Positions 25,755-38,365 of a stretch of DNA of 64,000 nt are shown piece by piece. The translations under genes and the position numbers were made by a program. Numbering within the stretch: position 1 is the first letter of the stretch; each line of letters opens with the position of its first letter. The notes below the pieces were generated by a model. The model was not told where the DNA came from and did no database searches. It was given only the letters and a program-made list of their open reading frames with translations. This DNA comes from Felis catus (lineage: Eukaryota): positions 217,064,001 to 217,128,000 of the forward strand of contig NC_058368.1 of assembly GCF_018350175.1 (NCBI RefSeq). The letters are read 5' to 3'.

Positions 25755-26251
25755 TTTGTTTTTTTTTGTTTTTTGGGGTTTTTTTTCCTTTTTGAGAAAG
25801 AGAGAGAGTGAGCCTGCATGCACAAGCAGGGAAGGGGAAGAGGGAGAGGGAGAGAGAAAATCTTAAGCAGTCTCCAACACAGATCCTGATACCACAACCA
25901 TGAGATCATGACCTGGGCTCAAAAACAAGAGTTTGAATGGGGCGCCTGGGTGGCTCAGTTGGTTGAGCGTCTGACTTCAGCTCAGGTCATGATCTCACAG
26001 TTCATGAGTTTGAGCCCCACGTCAGGCTCTGTGCTGACAGCTCAGGACCTGGAGCCTGCTTTGGATTCTGTGTCTCCCTCTCTCTCTGCTCCTCCCTTGC
26101 TCACACTCTGTCTCTCTCTCAAAAATAAATAAAAATTAAAAAATTAAAAACAAACAAACAAAAAACAGGAGTTTGATCTCACAACCATGAGCTTATGACC
26201 TGAGCCAAATTCAAGAGACGGACACTTAACTGACTGATCCACCCAGGTGCC
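25755..26251 (-). mobile_element. Minus-strand Can-SINE interrupted by a plus-strand Can-SINE (25939-26160)
   Basis: Inner TSD aaaaaca(a/g)gagtttga at 25921-25936 and 26161-26176. Confidence 0.85.
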
Positions 26252-26824
26252 AGTGTCCCAAAGTTTAGTGTTTTTGCACATTGTTCTACACCTGCTGATA
26301 TTTTTACTTAAGTATAATTTATAAATGAAGAGTTTATTTAATTAATGTATACAGACACAGGTACAAAAAATATATTCATTATTGTGACTTGGGTAATGCA
26401 CAAATCCAAAAATTTTAGTTTATAATTTAACAATTCAAGCATTTGTTTTTCACACTGACTAAAGAGTCTTTGTTGAAAGTAACACTATAAATATTATTAA
26501 ATATAAACTATGCATAATATCTTTGCTAAAAACTGGAGGTAGAATAGCAAAGAAGTTGGGAAAATAATAATTAAACCAACAGTATAAATTGCTTTGACCA
26601 CACAGCCAAAACTGAAATAAAACTATCATATTTTAATAGCATAATTCCTTTGAAAAAAATCATGTGTCTTCTAGGCTATGATATTATCATTAGTTTTTTT
26701 CTATTCTTACAGATTTAAACATGTAAATCTATAATCTGATTCATTATGTATTGATTATCTATAGTACATACAAATATTGTGCTGTATACATAAACATATG
26801 TTTAAAGTAGACTCTTGTTCAATT

Positions 26825-27359
26825 AATGCTTGATGCATGCACAATGAAGAAAATCATTAATGAAACAAAAAGACAACCTACTAAATGAGAGAAGATATTT
26901 GCAAATGATGTATCTGATGAAAAGTTAATATCCACAATATATGAAAGCCTATACAACTGAACACTGAGAAAACAGTCCAACCGAAACTTGGGCAGAGGAT
27001 CTGAATAGACATTTGGCCAAAAGACACCTGAAAAGATGATCAACATCTCTAATCATTAGAGAAATGAAATCAAAACCACAATGAGGTATCATCTCACACC
27101 TGTCAGAATGGCTAAAATCAAAAAGACAAGACGTAACAAGTGTGGACAAGAATGTGGGAAAAAAAAGGAATTCCTGTACACTGTTGATGGGAATATAAAC
27201 TGATACAGTCACTGTGGAAAACAGTGTGGAGTTTCCTCAAAAAGTTAAATATAAGAATACTGTCTGATCCAGTAATTTCACTACTGGGGATTTACCCAAA
27301 GAAAACGAAAACACTATTTTGAAAAATATATGAATCCCTATGTATATTGCAACATGGAA

Positions 27360-27401
<42 letters not shown>

Positions 27402-27850
27402 TGGAATATTATACAGCCATAAACGAGAATGTGGTTTGCCATTTGCAACAACATGAATGGACATAGAAAGTATAATGCTAAGTGAAATACCATATTATTG
27501 CACTTACATGTGGAATCTAAAGCAACCAAATTATAAACACATGCGGAATCAGACCTGTAAATACAGAGAACATACTGCTGGTTGCCAGAGGGGAGGCGTA
27601 GGAGGAGAGGAAAATGAGTGAAAGGGAGTGGGAGACACACGCTTCCACTCATGGAATGAATAAGCCATGGGAATACAAGGTACAGCATAATGAATATAGT
27701 CAATGCTATTGCAATAACGATGTATGGGGACAGATGTTAGCTATACTTGTGGTGAGTATAGCATAACATACAGAATTGTCAAACCACTATGTGGTACACC
27801 TTCAATTAATGTAACATTGTGTGTCAACGATCAATCAATCAATCAAACCA
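26825..27850 (+). mobile_element. 5'-truncated carnivore-type L1 (ORF2 end plus 3'UTR) with internal (CA)n
   Basis: caaaaccacaatgaggtatcatctcacacctgtcagaatggc and a 3'UTR ending gtaacattgtgtgtcaac. Confidence 0.85.
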
Positions 27851-28251
27851 CGTGCATGAAATGAATGTATTTTCAAGTAAAATTTAAATGGATGTAAAAT
27901 ATAACTTTTTATTGCTTACAAAGTGTATATTTTTCTTCAGCATGAGAATTATATTTTAATACATTACATGAAAGAAAAATGAGCAAAACATGCTTCTTTT
28001 CAAAATAATTTATAATGTTAAGTCATGCATGAGTGTAATGAGATTAATAATAGAAAGTTTAGATTTACTCATTCTCTGGGTGATAAATCATGACAAATCA
28101 TTTAGCTCTGATGCAGTAAAACCATGTGATGCCTGAGAAAATGGATGATACTATTTAGAATGGTTCATGTCTAGTTGAGGTAAAATTAAGTCGGAGTTTG
28201 TTAGCTGTGTTCTAAAATTGTTTTACATCGATAGAAGCCTGGTAACTTTGC

Positions 28252-28335
28252 TTGTATGTATGTATGTATTTATTTATTTATTATTTACAGAGAGGGCATA
28301 AGTGGGGGAGAGGACCAGAGGGAGAAAGAAAGAGA

Positions 28336-28387
<52 letters not shown>

Positions 28388-28510
28388 CTTAAGCAGGCTC
28401 CACTCTCAGCCTGGATCCAATGGGAGGCTTGATCCCAAGACCCTGGGATCATGACCTAAGCCAAAATCAAAAGTCAGACGCTTAACCTCCTGAGCCACCC
28501 AGGCATTCCA
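28252..28510 (-). mobile_element. Can-SINE with (GA)n
   Basis: TSD aag(c/t)ctggtaactttg on both sides. Confidence 0.9.
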
Positions 28511-29403
28511 AAGTCTGGTAACTTTGAATAGAGTGTAAATCATATGAAAACTGAAAGCTCTCTCTGAAGATTCCAATAGCACAGATGAGGAGAACACTGT
28601 CAGCTAGTATCTCATACAATAAATGACTCCTATTGATTGAGCACTTACATGAAACACATCACTAGCCCAACAATTAAGTTAATATATAAAAATAGACATA
28701 AAGAACATGAACTTTATTTCCATTTCAACATGTAAAGAACTGTGTATTTATTGTCCCTGGGTAAACTGTTATTTTGATTATATTTTGTAACTTTATTTTC
28801 ATAATTATTATTGTAAAGTTATATAAACACCTGGTTCACAATTCAAAAGTCACAAAGGGATTTCTCTTGCTTGACTCTGCCTTCTACACACCTAGTAGAT
28901 TCTTCTGGAAATTATCCAGTTTACTGAGCATATTAGGCGGTCTTTAAGAAATGCTTAGATTGTATAAAGTGTAGAGTGTGTTTGGATATATGGGTTGTGA
29001 TCATAATTGAAGTAAATGCTCAGTTTTAGAGCCTAATGAGAATAAAGTTTTTGTTTGTTTACTTATTTTGTTTATAAAGATCTTATATAACTGAATACTT
29101 TTCATGGTTCTGCAGAGCCCATAAAAAGACTCCTTTGATTACAAGAATGCTGAATTTCTATGTTGTTTTTAAATATTTCATTTTATAAAGTATTCATATT
29201 GGCATAAATAGCTTAAAATATGAATTGCTGGTTTTTATATTATTTTATTTTTATCTATCAAAGTTGAGTGGATTTTTAAAAATTATATTTAATTATATAT
29301 TATATATTATATAATTGTATTATACATATTATATTCATATATTAATAATTATATTAATATTAATATTCTGTCGAAAGATTCAGTTATTCTAGCTTCACTT
29401 TCT

Positions 29404-29962
29404 CTTTTTTTAAGATGTTATTTTTTTTTCAACGTTTATTTATTTTTGGGACAGAGAGAGACAAAGCATGAACGGGGGTAGGGGCAGAGAGAGAGGGAGA
29501 CACAGAATCAGAAACAGGCTCCAGGCTCCGAGCCATCAGCCCAGAGCCTGACGCGGGGCTCGAACTCACGGACCGCGAGATCGTGACCTGGCTGAAGTCG
29601 GACGCTCAACCGACTGCGCCACCTAGGCGCCCCTAAGATGTTATTTTTAAGTGCTCTGTACTGAGTATGGGGCTCAGACTCACAACCCCACGATTAAGAG
29701 TCACATGCTTGGGGCTCCTGGCTGGCTCGCTCGGTTAAGCATCGGACTCTTGATTTTGGCTTAGGTCATCATTTCATGGTTGGCGGGTTTGAGCACCAGG
29801 TCGGGCTCTGCTCTGAAAGTGCGGAACCTGTTTGGGATTCTCTCTCTCCCCCTCTTTCTCTGAACCTCTCCTGTTCTCTCTCAAAATAAACTTAAAAAAC
29901 AAAAAACAAAAAACAAAAAGAACAGTCACAATCTCCACCAGCTGAGCCAGCCAGGCAACCCC
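29404..29962 (-). mobile_element. Triple SINE nest: old minus SINE carrying a young minus SINEC_Fc (29426-29633) and a plus SINE (29711-29920)
   Basis: TSDs: tcta(g/a)cttcactttct (29388-29403, 29963-29978); taagatgttattttt (29411-29425, 29634-29648); aa(g/c)agtcaca (29696-29705, 29921-29930). Confidence 0.9.
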
Positions 29963-30559
29963 TCTAACTTCACTTTCTGGTATGTATTTACTTTCCATTG
30001 CACATATAACATAAAGAGTATTTATCAGTTTTTAATCGATACTGAAATAGTGATAGAAGATTAAAATCACATACAATAGTTATACCATACCCATCATAAA
30101 TCAGAAAAATTGTTACCATTGTTAATTATCTGACTTCAACAACATTTCTCAAAATGAAAAAGCTGTCTTGAAAGATTGCTGAAATTGTGCACGTCTGTAT
30201 CTGATGGTTGGAAGCGATTACAAATAATGTTAAAAGTAACACAAAGACTTCACTTTAAACTGAAATTGGACTGCAATAATTGAATATGTTAGCCACCATT
30301 GTACAGTTATAGGTTTAACTTTATAAATATTGCAATAAGAGCTGATTGCAGAAGTTTTATATGCTTATATGTGGACTTTGGCAAACAGTAAGGGAGATCT
30401 TTGCCACTCTATTAGGGTGCATCAGATTTATTGAAGAGAATCAAATTATGAAACATTCTTTCATGAAAATTAAAACATTGTTTTAAGTTTAAACTAAGAA
30501 AAATAGTATGTTCTCCAGATAAGTTAAAGTAAAATTCTCCCTTACTACTTTCTGGTATA

Positions 30560-30797
30560 CAGTAAAACCTTGGTTTGTAAGCGTAATTCATTCTGGAAAC
30601 ATGCTTGTAATCAAAAGTACCTGGGCATCAAAGTGAATTTCAATAACCATTGGGTCAGTTGTGATCATGTGACATTCAGCATTGCATACTAATATTGCGA
30701 GACATCGCTCATTTATCAAGTTAAAATTTATTAGGAATGTTTGCTCATCTTGAAGAACACTTGAAGCACAAATGACTCACAATCCAAGGTTTTTCTC
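30560..30797. mobile_element. Non-autonomous Tc1/mariner-Tigger-type DNA transposon (MITE)
   Basis: TA|cagtaaaaccttgg ... ccaaggtttttctc|TA: imperfect terminal inverted repeats with TA TSD. Confidence 0.75.
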
Positions 30798-31632
30798 TAT
30801 ACTCAAGTGCCGCTTTCTCAGTGAGGACTGTGTAGGGCAGCATTTTAAACACTGCAACCCTATGTTACTTTCCTTCTTTTGTTTTCTTGTGTACTAAATT
30901 CTGCATTGAACATTATATCTTTTCCATCTCCTCCTTCCCTTTCTACTTCGCTCCCTTTCTTTCCTCCTTCCTTTTCTTCCTTCCTCTCTGTCATGCCATC
31001 TAGAATGCAAACTACATTGGGGGTAAGCCTTATTTCCCTTCTTGCAGCTGAGACCTTATAACTTACCTGACACAGAGTTGGCACTCCATAAACACATGCT
31101 GATAGAATCTAATTAGTGCCCACAATCGCACTAGTTTATCCAAACCTCATGAGCTTCCTTTCTCAGGTACCTAAGTTTCAGCCTGGCTATCTCCAACACA
31201 CAAATCAGTGTGCCTATTAATACTAGTACACATTAGCATTAACTCCGCCTCGAGTAATGGGGCTCACACTGTGTCTAAAAATTCTGTGCCACTGACTAAG
31301 AGCATAGGCCCAGTGGCACTCTTCCGAAAGTTCTGCCTCAAGATGTTTGCATAATCTCCTGACTCGGTGCTCCAGGGACTATCCTAAGGGGCTTAATATT
31401 AATGATTAAGATCGCTGAGCTCTGGAGTGTAGACTGGTTTCGAAGAACTGGAGACTTGACAAATTTGGTTTATGCCCTGTTTACCATAATTATTCTAACT
31501 TCTGACACTTGTCCTGACTACCATGTCAAAAATAAATGGCTTTCTATTCTTTTAAGCATAGGGAATTGGTGTTCAATGGCAAATAAATCAGAGTTCCCTA
31601 TGGTTTGAAATGTCAGACTATTTGGCTCCACA

Positions 31633-31790
31633 TCAGTGGTTCTCGTGGATGGCAGCATGCTAGGATTACTTAGGAGGCTTTTGAATTTCAGATACCCCAG
31701 GCCTCAATATTCTGCAGTTTCACTCAGGTATCAATAGTGTTTAAAACACCACAGGTGATTTCCATGTGCAACAATGATAAAGGACCATTA
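31633..31790. mobile_element. MER5-like hAT-Charlie fragment
   Basis: cagtggttctc start, caggtgatt motif, ...ggaccatt end. Confidence 0.55.
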
Positions 31791-31832
31791 TTCTATCCCT
31801 GTGACATCATTCCAATCACTAAGAGCTCATTC

Positions 31833-32046
31833 TTTTATTTTTTAATATTTATTTATTTATTTATTTAGAGAGAACACACTAGTAGGGGAGGGGCAGAGAA
31901 GGGCAGGGCGAGAGAGGGAATCCTAAGTAGCCTCTCCACTATTAACACAGAGACTAATGTGGGGCTCGATTTCACAAACTATGAGATCTTGACATGAGCA
32001 GAAATCAAGAATAGGATGCTTAACTGATTGAGCCACCCAGCACCCC
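31833..32046 (-). mobile_element. Can-SINE
   Basis: Reverse head ...ttaactgattgagccacccagcacccc and T-rich tail. Confidence 0.85.
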
Positions 32047-32125
32047 AAGAGCCCAGTCATTTTTAACCAAGGTTGGAAAACTTACTAATAATCAATATTT
32101 TTGAATCAATTACTGGGGAAATTTA

Positions 32126-32127
<2 letters not shown>

Positions 32128-32160
<33 letters not shown>
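32128..32160. repeat. (CA)n microsatellite
   Basis: Direct reading. Confidence 0.9.
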
Positions 32161-32163
<3 letters not shown>

Positions 32164-32404
32164 TCACCTGAACCTGATTCCTAGACCTCACAGAGCAAAA
32201 GCTGCAAGTTACAAGAGAGTCAAACAATAGCAATAGAAACTTGCTCTGTTTCCTGGTTCGGCTTGAGCCAGTCAAGGGGGCAAGATTTTGTCTTCTTTTT
32301 GTTGCAAGTTATAAAATATTGGGAGAAGTCACAATTCAACACTACTGTGATTTCTTATCTCTAAATATTGCTCTATTTTAGTGGCCATCAAAAGATGCCT
32401 CTCT

Positions 32405-32627
32405 GGGGGCGCCTGGGTGGCGCAGTCGGTTAAGCGTCCGACTTCAGCCAGGTCACCATCTCGCCGTCCGTGAGTTCGAGCCCCGCGTCAGGCTCTGGGC
32501 TGATGGCTCGGAGCCTGGAGCCTGTTTCTGATTCTGTGTCTCCCTCTCTCTCTGCCCCTCCCCCGTTCATGCTCTGTCTCTCTCTGTCCCAAAAATAAAT
32601 AAACGTTGAAAAAAAAATTAAAAAAAA
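32405..32627 (+). mobile_element. Young SINEC_Fc
   Basis: CpGs retained; perfect 17-bp TSD aaaagatgcctctctgg at 32390-32406 and 32628-32644. Confidence 0.95.
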
Positions 32628-32994
32628 AAAAGATGCCTCTCTGGCCTTTGGTAAGTAGAGAATCTGAATTCTCCAACATTTAGCTCCAGCAGAAAAGACC
32701 CTGTGTCTGATTTTCCCACTGATATATCCAGTTCCTAGAATAGTGTGTGACACATAACAAGCTGTGGTGAATCAAATAGAAATCTGGCAAAGGTTTAAAT
32801 AGCAGCTTAACAATTTTACAGGCTAAAGGCACTCCATCCCAGGATTTATAAGACAGTATTATAACCTTGCATGCTGTCACAATACTGAAAACAATTCAAA
32901 ATGCATCCCATTCCTGGTTTGGGATTTACATGCAATCCTCTTTGAAGTCAGGTATTGTGTCATAATCTTTCACTGCAGGTAATGAGGGGTACAT

Positions 32995-34930
32995 TGTCTT
33001 CTAGAAAATACAGAAAAACACCTCCAACTTCATTATATGAAGCTAATATTACTCTGATTTCAAAAACAAATAGGATACAAAAAATGCATGCCAACATTTT
33101 CCTTAAATATAAATGCAAAAATCTTTTTCAAAATGTTATTAAATATAATTCTGCAATGTATAAAAAGAACTCTAAGCCATGATCCAGTGGGATTTAACCT
33201 AGGGATACAAGACTGTCTCTTATTTGAAAATCAATTAATGCCATCCAGCATATTAACAGACTAATAAAGAAAAACACAGGATCATATCAATCAAAGAAGG
33301 AAAGTCATTTTACAAATCCAACACCCATTAATGATAAAAACTCTTAGAGGACATATAAGAAAACATTCTCAATTGACAAAGGGATACTATATAAAACCTG
33401 TAACGAAATCATACTCAATGGTAAAAGATTGGTTGTTACCCTCCATGATATTGGAAACAAGGCAAAAATATCCACTCTTGCTGCTCTCATTCAACAAGAT
33501 GTTGCAAAGTCTAGCCAGTTCAATAAGACAAGAAAAGATAATAAAATAAATACAGATCTAAAGAGAAAAGAACAAAATTGCCACTACTGGCAGAAGACAT
33601 CATTGTTTATGTAGAAAATTCCAATTGATCCAAAGAGAAGAGAATAAGAAAACCTTCTAAACCATAAGTGAACTCAGTGTGGTCATAAGGTACAAGATAA
33701 ACATAAAAATCAATTGTATTTCCACATATTACCACTGGACATTTGGACAACATAAAGTTAAAATTATAATACCACTTACATGAAATGTTTAATGCAAATT
33801 TAATAAAACATATACAGGTCTTGTATGCTGAAAACCACAAGATGCTAATGAAATAAAATAATAACTAAATAATAACTAACTGGAGGGACATATCCTACGC
33901 ATGGATGGGATGACTTAATATAGTAATGATATCAATTTTTCTCAAATTGATGTGCATATTTAACCCAATTCCTATCAAAATTCTAGCAAAATATTTTGTA
34001 GATATAACCAAGATTATAAAATTTATGTGTAAAGGCAAAGGAATTAGAATAGCTAAAATAATTTTGAAAAAGAATAAAGTGGGAGGACTCAGTCCACCTG
34101 ATGTAACAACTTATTACATAGTTACATTATTCAAGATGGTGTATCAGTAGAAAGATAAGTATATAGAACAATGTAACAATACAGAACCTGGAAATAGATC
34201 CACACAAATTACACACAGTTGAATTTTGACAAGATACAAAAGGAATCCAATGTAGAAAGGATAGCCTGTTCAACAATGGCGTAAGAGCAAATAGATATTC
34301 ATACGTAGAAAAAAAAAAATGACCTATGAGCCTGGTTGGCTTAGTCAGTTTACCGTCGGACTTCGGCTCAGGTCATGATCTCGCGGTTTGTGAGTTCAAG
34401 CCCCGCATCAGTCTCTGTGCTGACAGCTCAGAGCCTGGAGCCTGCTTCAGATTCTATGGCTCCCTCTCTCTCTGCCCCTCCCTTGCTTACACTCTGTGTC
34501 TCTGTCTCTCAAAAATAAATAAACCTTTAAAATTTTAAAAGAAAAGAAAATGACTTAAACTTTAACAACAGCAACAAGATAATTAGATGGATCAAAGAAT
34601 TAAAGATAAATATACAAATTTAAAATGTAGAGAGAAAAGAGGAGAAAGTCTTTGAGAATTAGGACTAGGCAAAAAATTTTTAGATATAACACTAAAAGCA
34701 TGACCCATAAAAGAAAAAAAAAGGGGGCACCTGGGTGACTCAGTTGATTAAGTTTCCAACCATGGCTCAGGGCATGATCTCACGATTCATAAGTTCAAGC
34801 CCTGCATCGGGCTTTATGCTGACGGCTTAGAGCCTGGACCTGCTTTAGATTCTGTGTCTCCATCTCTCTCTGCCCCTCCCCCACTCGTGCTCTGTCCCTC
34901 TCTCTCTCAAAAATAAATAAACATTTAAAA

Positions 34931-34970
<40 letters not shown>

Positions 34971-36066
34971 AATGGTAAAAAAGGATTTCATCAAAATTTT
35001 AAAAAATTGCTTTGTGAAATACCCTGTTAAGGGTATGAAAAGCAAGCTACAGAAAAGGAGAAAATACTTGCTAACTTCATATCTGCCACAGGACTAGTAA
35101 ATAGACTCCATGAAATTAAGTCTCTTTACTTAAGAGTGAAAACAAAGAATTTAATTAGAAATAAGCAAAAGGAATGAGGAGACATTTATTTCATTGAGTA
35201 ATATATATGGATGGCAAATCCACATGTGAAAGATGTGCAATTTCATAATTCATTAGAAAACTGAAAAAAAAAAAGAAATCCACAGTGGTATATTTCTCAC
35301 ATTTATTCAAATGGATAAAACAAAATTAAAAAAAAATAGTGAAACTGCAAATGCCAGAAAGGCTGCAGGAGTTACCGGATCATTCATATGTCACTGCTGA
35401 ACACCTAGAATGATAGAACCAGTCAGAACAACAGCTAAATGCTAAAAACGCAACTATCACGTGGCCCACAATTGCACTCCCTTGTATTTATCACACACAC
35501 ACACACACACACACACACAATAAAAGCATATATCACACAAAAAATATGCATACAAATGTTTATAGCAGCTTTATTCATAATAGCCAAAAGGTGGAAACAA
35601 CACACGTGTCCTTTAATGGGTGAATTTTTAAACAAGCTATAGTACAACCATACCTTGGAATGCTATTCAGAAATAAAAAAGGAACCAATGAAGAAGCATG
35701 TGAAAATCTGGAGGAAGCCCTAGATAATTATTCTGGGTGAAAAAAAAAAAGCATTGGCAAAAGGTGAGATACAGTATGGTTCAATTTATATACCATTAAC
35801 AGGATCACAAAATTATGGAAATGAGACAAGATTAGTGATTGCTGGGAAATTAGGGTGTTGGGAATGCAAGAAAGTATGTGTGTGTCTGAATGACAGATAT
35901 AAAGGACCATATAAATAATCCTTGCAGTACTAGAAACATTCTATATATTTACTGCATCCGTGTCAAAATCCTGGTTGTGATAGTGGACCATAGTTTGCAA
36001 GAAGTTACCTTGGGAGAAAGTGGGTAAAATGTGTACAAGATCTCTTTGCATTGTTTCTTAACACTA
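32995..36066 (+). mobile_element. Old L1 (L1MC-like) ORF2 and 3'UTR remnant with two SINE insertions (~34327-34545, ~34723-34975)
   Basis: Peptides PTSLYEANITLISK, IAKIILKKNKVGGL and QMFIAALFIIAKRWKQ; L1MC-type 3' end. Confidence 0.8.
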
Positions 36067-36074
36067 CCCATAAT

Positions 36075-37390
36075 TCTTGTGGTTTTTTGGTGCAGTAGTA
36101 AATGAGGTCGATTCCTTGATTTCTTTTTTTGCTGCTTCACTATTGGTGTATGGAAATAAAACAGATGTCTGTACATTGCTTTCCTTTCCTGCAACTTTGC
36201 TCAATTCATGTATTAGTTCTAGTAATTTTTTGGTGTAGCCTTTTAGGTTTTCTACACAGAGTATCATGTCATGTGAGAATAGTGAAAGTTTGGCTTCTTC
36301 TTTGCCAGTTTGGATGCCTTTTATTTCTTTTTGTTGTCTAGTTACCGAGGGTAGGACTTCCACTACCATGTTAAATAACAATGGTGAAAGTGGACATCCC
36401 TGTCTTGCTCTTGACTGTAGAGAAAAAGCTCTCAGTTTTCCTCATTGAAGATGATATTAGGTGTGGGTCTTTTGTATATGACCTTGATGATGTTGTGGTA
36501 TGTTCCTCTATCCCTACTTTGTTGAAGGTTTTTATTAAGAATGGATGCTGTATTTTGTCAAATGCTTTTTCTGCATCTGTTGAGAAGATCGTATGGTTCT
36601 TATCCTTTCTTTTATTAATGTCGTGTATCACATTGATTGATTTGCAAATATTGAACCACCCCTGCAGCTCAAGAATAAGTCCCACTTGATTGTGGTGAAT
36701 AATTCTTTTAACGGACTGTTGGGTTCAATTTGCTAGTATCTTGTTGAGAAATTTTGCATCCATGTTCATCAGGGATATCAGCCAGTAGTTCTCCTATTTA
36801 GTGGGGTCTTTGGTTTTGGAATCAAGGTGATGCTGGCCTCCTATGAGTTTGGAAGTTTTCCTTCCATTTCTATTTTTATAAACAGTTTGAGAACAATAGG
36901 TATTAACTCTTCTTTAAATGTCTGGTAGAATTCCCCTGGGAAGCCTGAGTTTTTGCCTTTTGGGAGATTTTTGATTACTGATTTAATTTCTTTGCTGGCT
37001 ATGGGTATATTTAAATTTTGTATTTCTTCCTGTTTCAGTTTTGGTAATGTGTATGTTTCTAGGAATTTATCCATTTCTTTCAGATTGCCCAGTGTTTTGA
37101 CATATAATTTTTCATAATATTCTAATTGTTTGTGTTTCTGTAGTGTTGGTTTTGATCTCTCCTCTTTCATTCATGTTTTTATTTATTTGGGTCACTTCTC
37201 TTTTCTTTTTGACAAGTCTGGTTAGGGATTTATCAATTTTATTAATTCCTTCAAAGAATCAGCCCTTAGTTTCATTTGTTTCTTCTACTGGTTTTTCTGT
37301 ATCACTTATTTCTGCTCTAATGTTTATTATTTCTCTTCCTCTGTGGCTTTAGGTTTCATTTGCTATCGCTTTTCTAGCTCCCTTAGGTGT
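36075..37390 (-). mobile_element. Carnivore L1 ORF2 (reverse-transcriptase region) fragment
   Basis: [67 protein letters not shown] and [16 protein letters not shown], split over frameshifts. Confidence 0.92.
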
Positions 37391-37394
37391 ATAA

Positions 37395-37516
37395 ATATTT
37401 TATTTTTAAATAATATCTACATCCAACTCACAATTTTATAAACATGGGGCTCAAACCCACAATGGCCAAGATCAAGAGCTTCATGCTTCACCAAGTGAGC
37501 CAACCAGGCACCACCC
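37395..37516 (-). mobile_element. Old short Can-SINE
   Basis: ggggctcaaacccac...aagatcaagag...gagccaaccaggcacc. Confidence 0.65.
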
Positions 37517-38365
37517 CTCCTTTGCAGCATCAGACTCATTTCAGGGATTTAAATTTTTATCATAGTTGATAATTTAATGGGGATAAAAGGTAACTCTTGG
37601 GTTACCCAGTAATAATAATTATGTTTTAAAATATGCAGATAATCTTTACTTACACTGCATGTTGTATTTTTACAATCTTTGTTAATTTTTTTTTATTGTT
37701 GGCTATGTGTGTGTATGTGTGTTTATGGATTTGAAAGTGATATTTATTTTGGTATTAGAAGTCAAATACGATTATCTAAAATAGATGAATAAAAATATTT
37801 TCCAAAAGAAGAAATTATATACATCCCTAATCATATAAAATACATTCTTTAAGTTCCTTTTTTAAAATTTTATAACACATTACTCCAATTCTTGGAATAA
37901 CAAGACTGTCTACAAAAGTAAGACTAAATAATCAATAATAAACTCTCTATATGGGAAATTATTCCCCATTCAAGCATTCCCTGTTCATATCCAATTTTAC
38001 TAACCCAGCGAAGGATAGAAGGGTAGACACCTAGTGATATTTGGACGCAATACAAAGACAAAAGAAAAAGTGAAAACACGGAGGATTTACAAAAAGCACC
38101 TTATGAATGATTATGTTTAGACATCAAATACGAAGATCAAAAGGAAAAGATAGAGTTTAGTTTGTGCGCATAATCAGTTAGTTATGTTCCCTTCTGCTAA
38201 GGAAATTCAAACTTAACATGCACAAATTACATTACAAATCAGTAGGAAATAACTTGCATTAATTTACCCCTCTATGGAATTATATTAAGTATATATCATT
38301 TTACCCAGAAATTTTATAAACAGACATATTAGTATTTTAGTTTTGAATATGTAAATCATGTAACT

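Noticed and set aside
32405..32490. tRNA-like A and B boxes
   Set aside because: Head of a tRNA-derived SINE, followed by CT tract, A tail and TSD; not a tRNA gene
36064..37170. ORFs with reverse-transcriptase motifs
   Set aside because: Frameshifted L1 ORF2 fragment with a degenerate catalytic motif (FSHD instead of FADD); not a functional or novel RT
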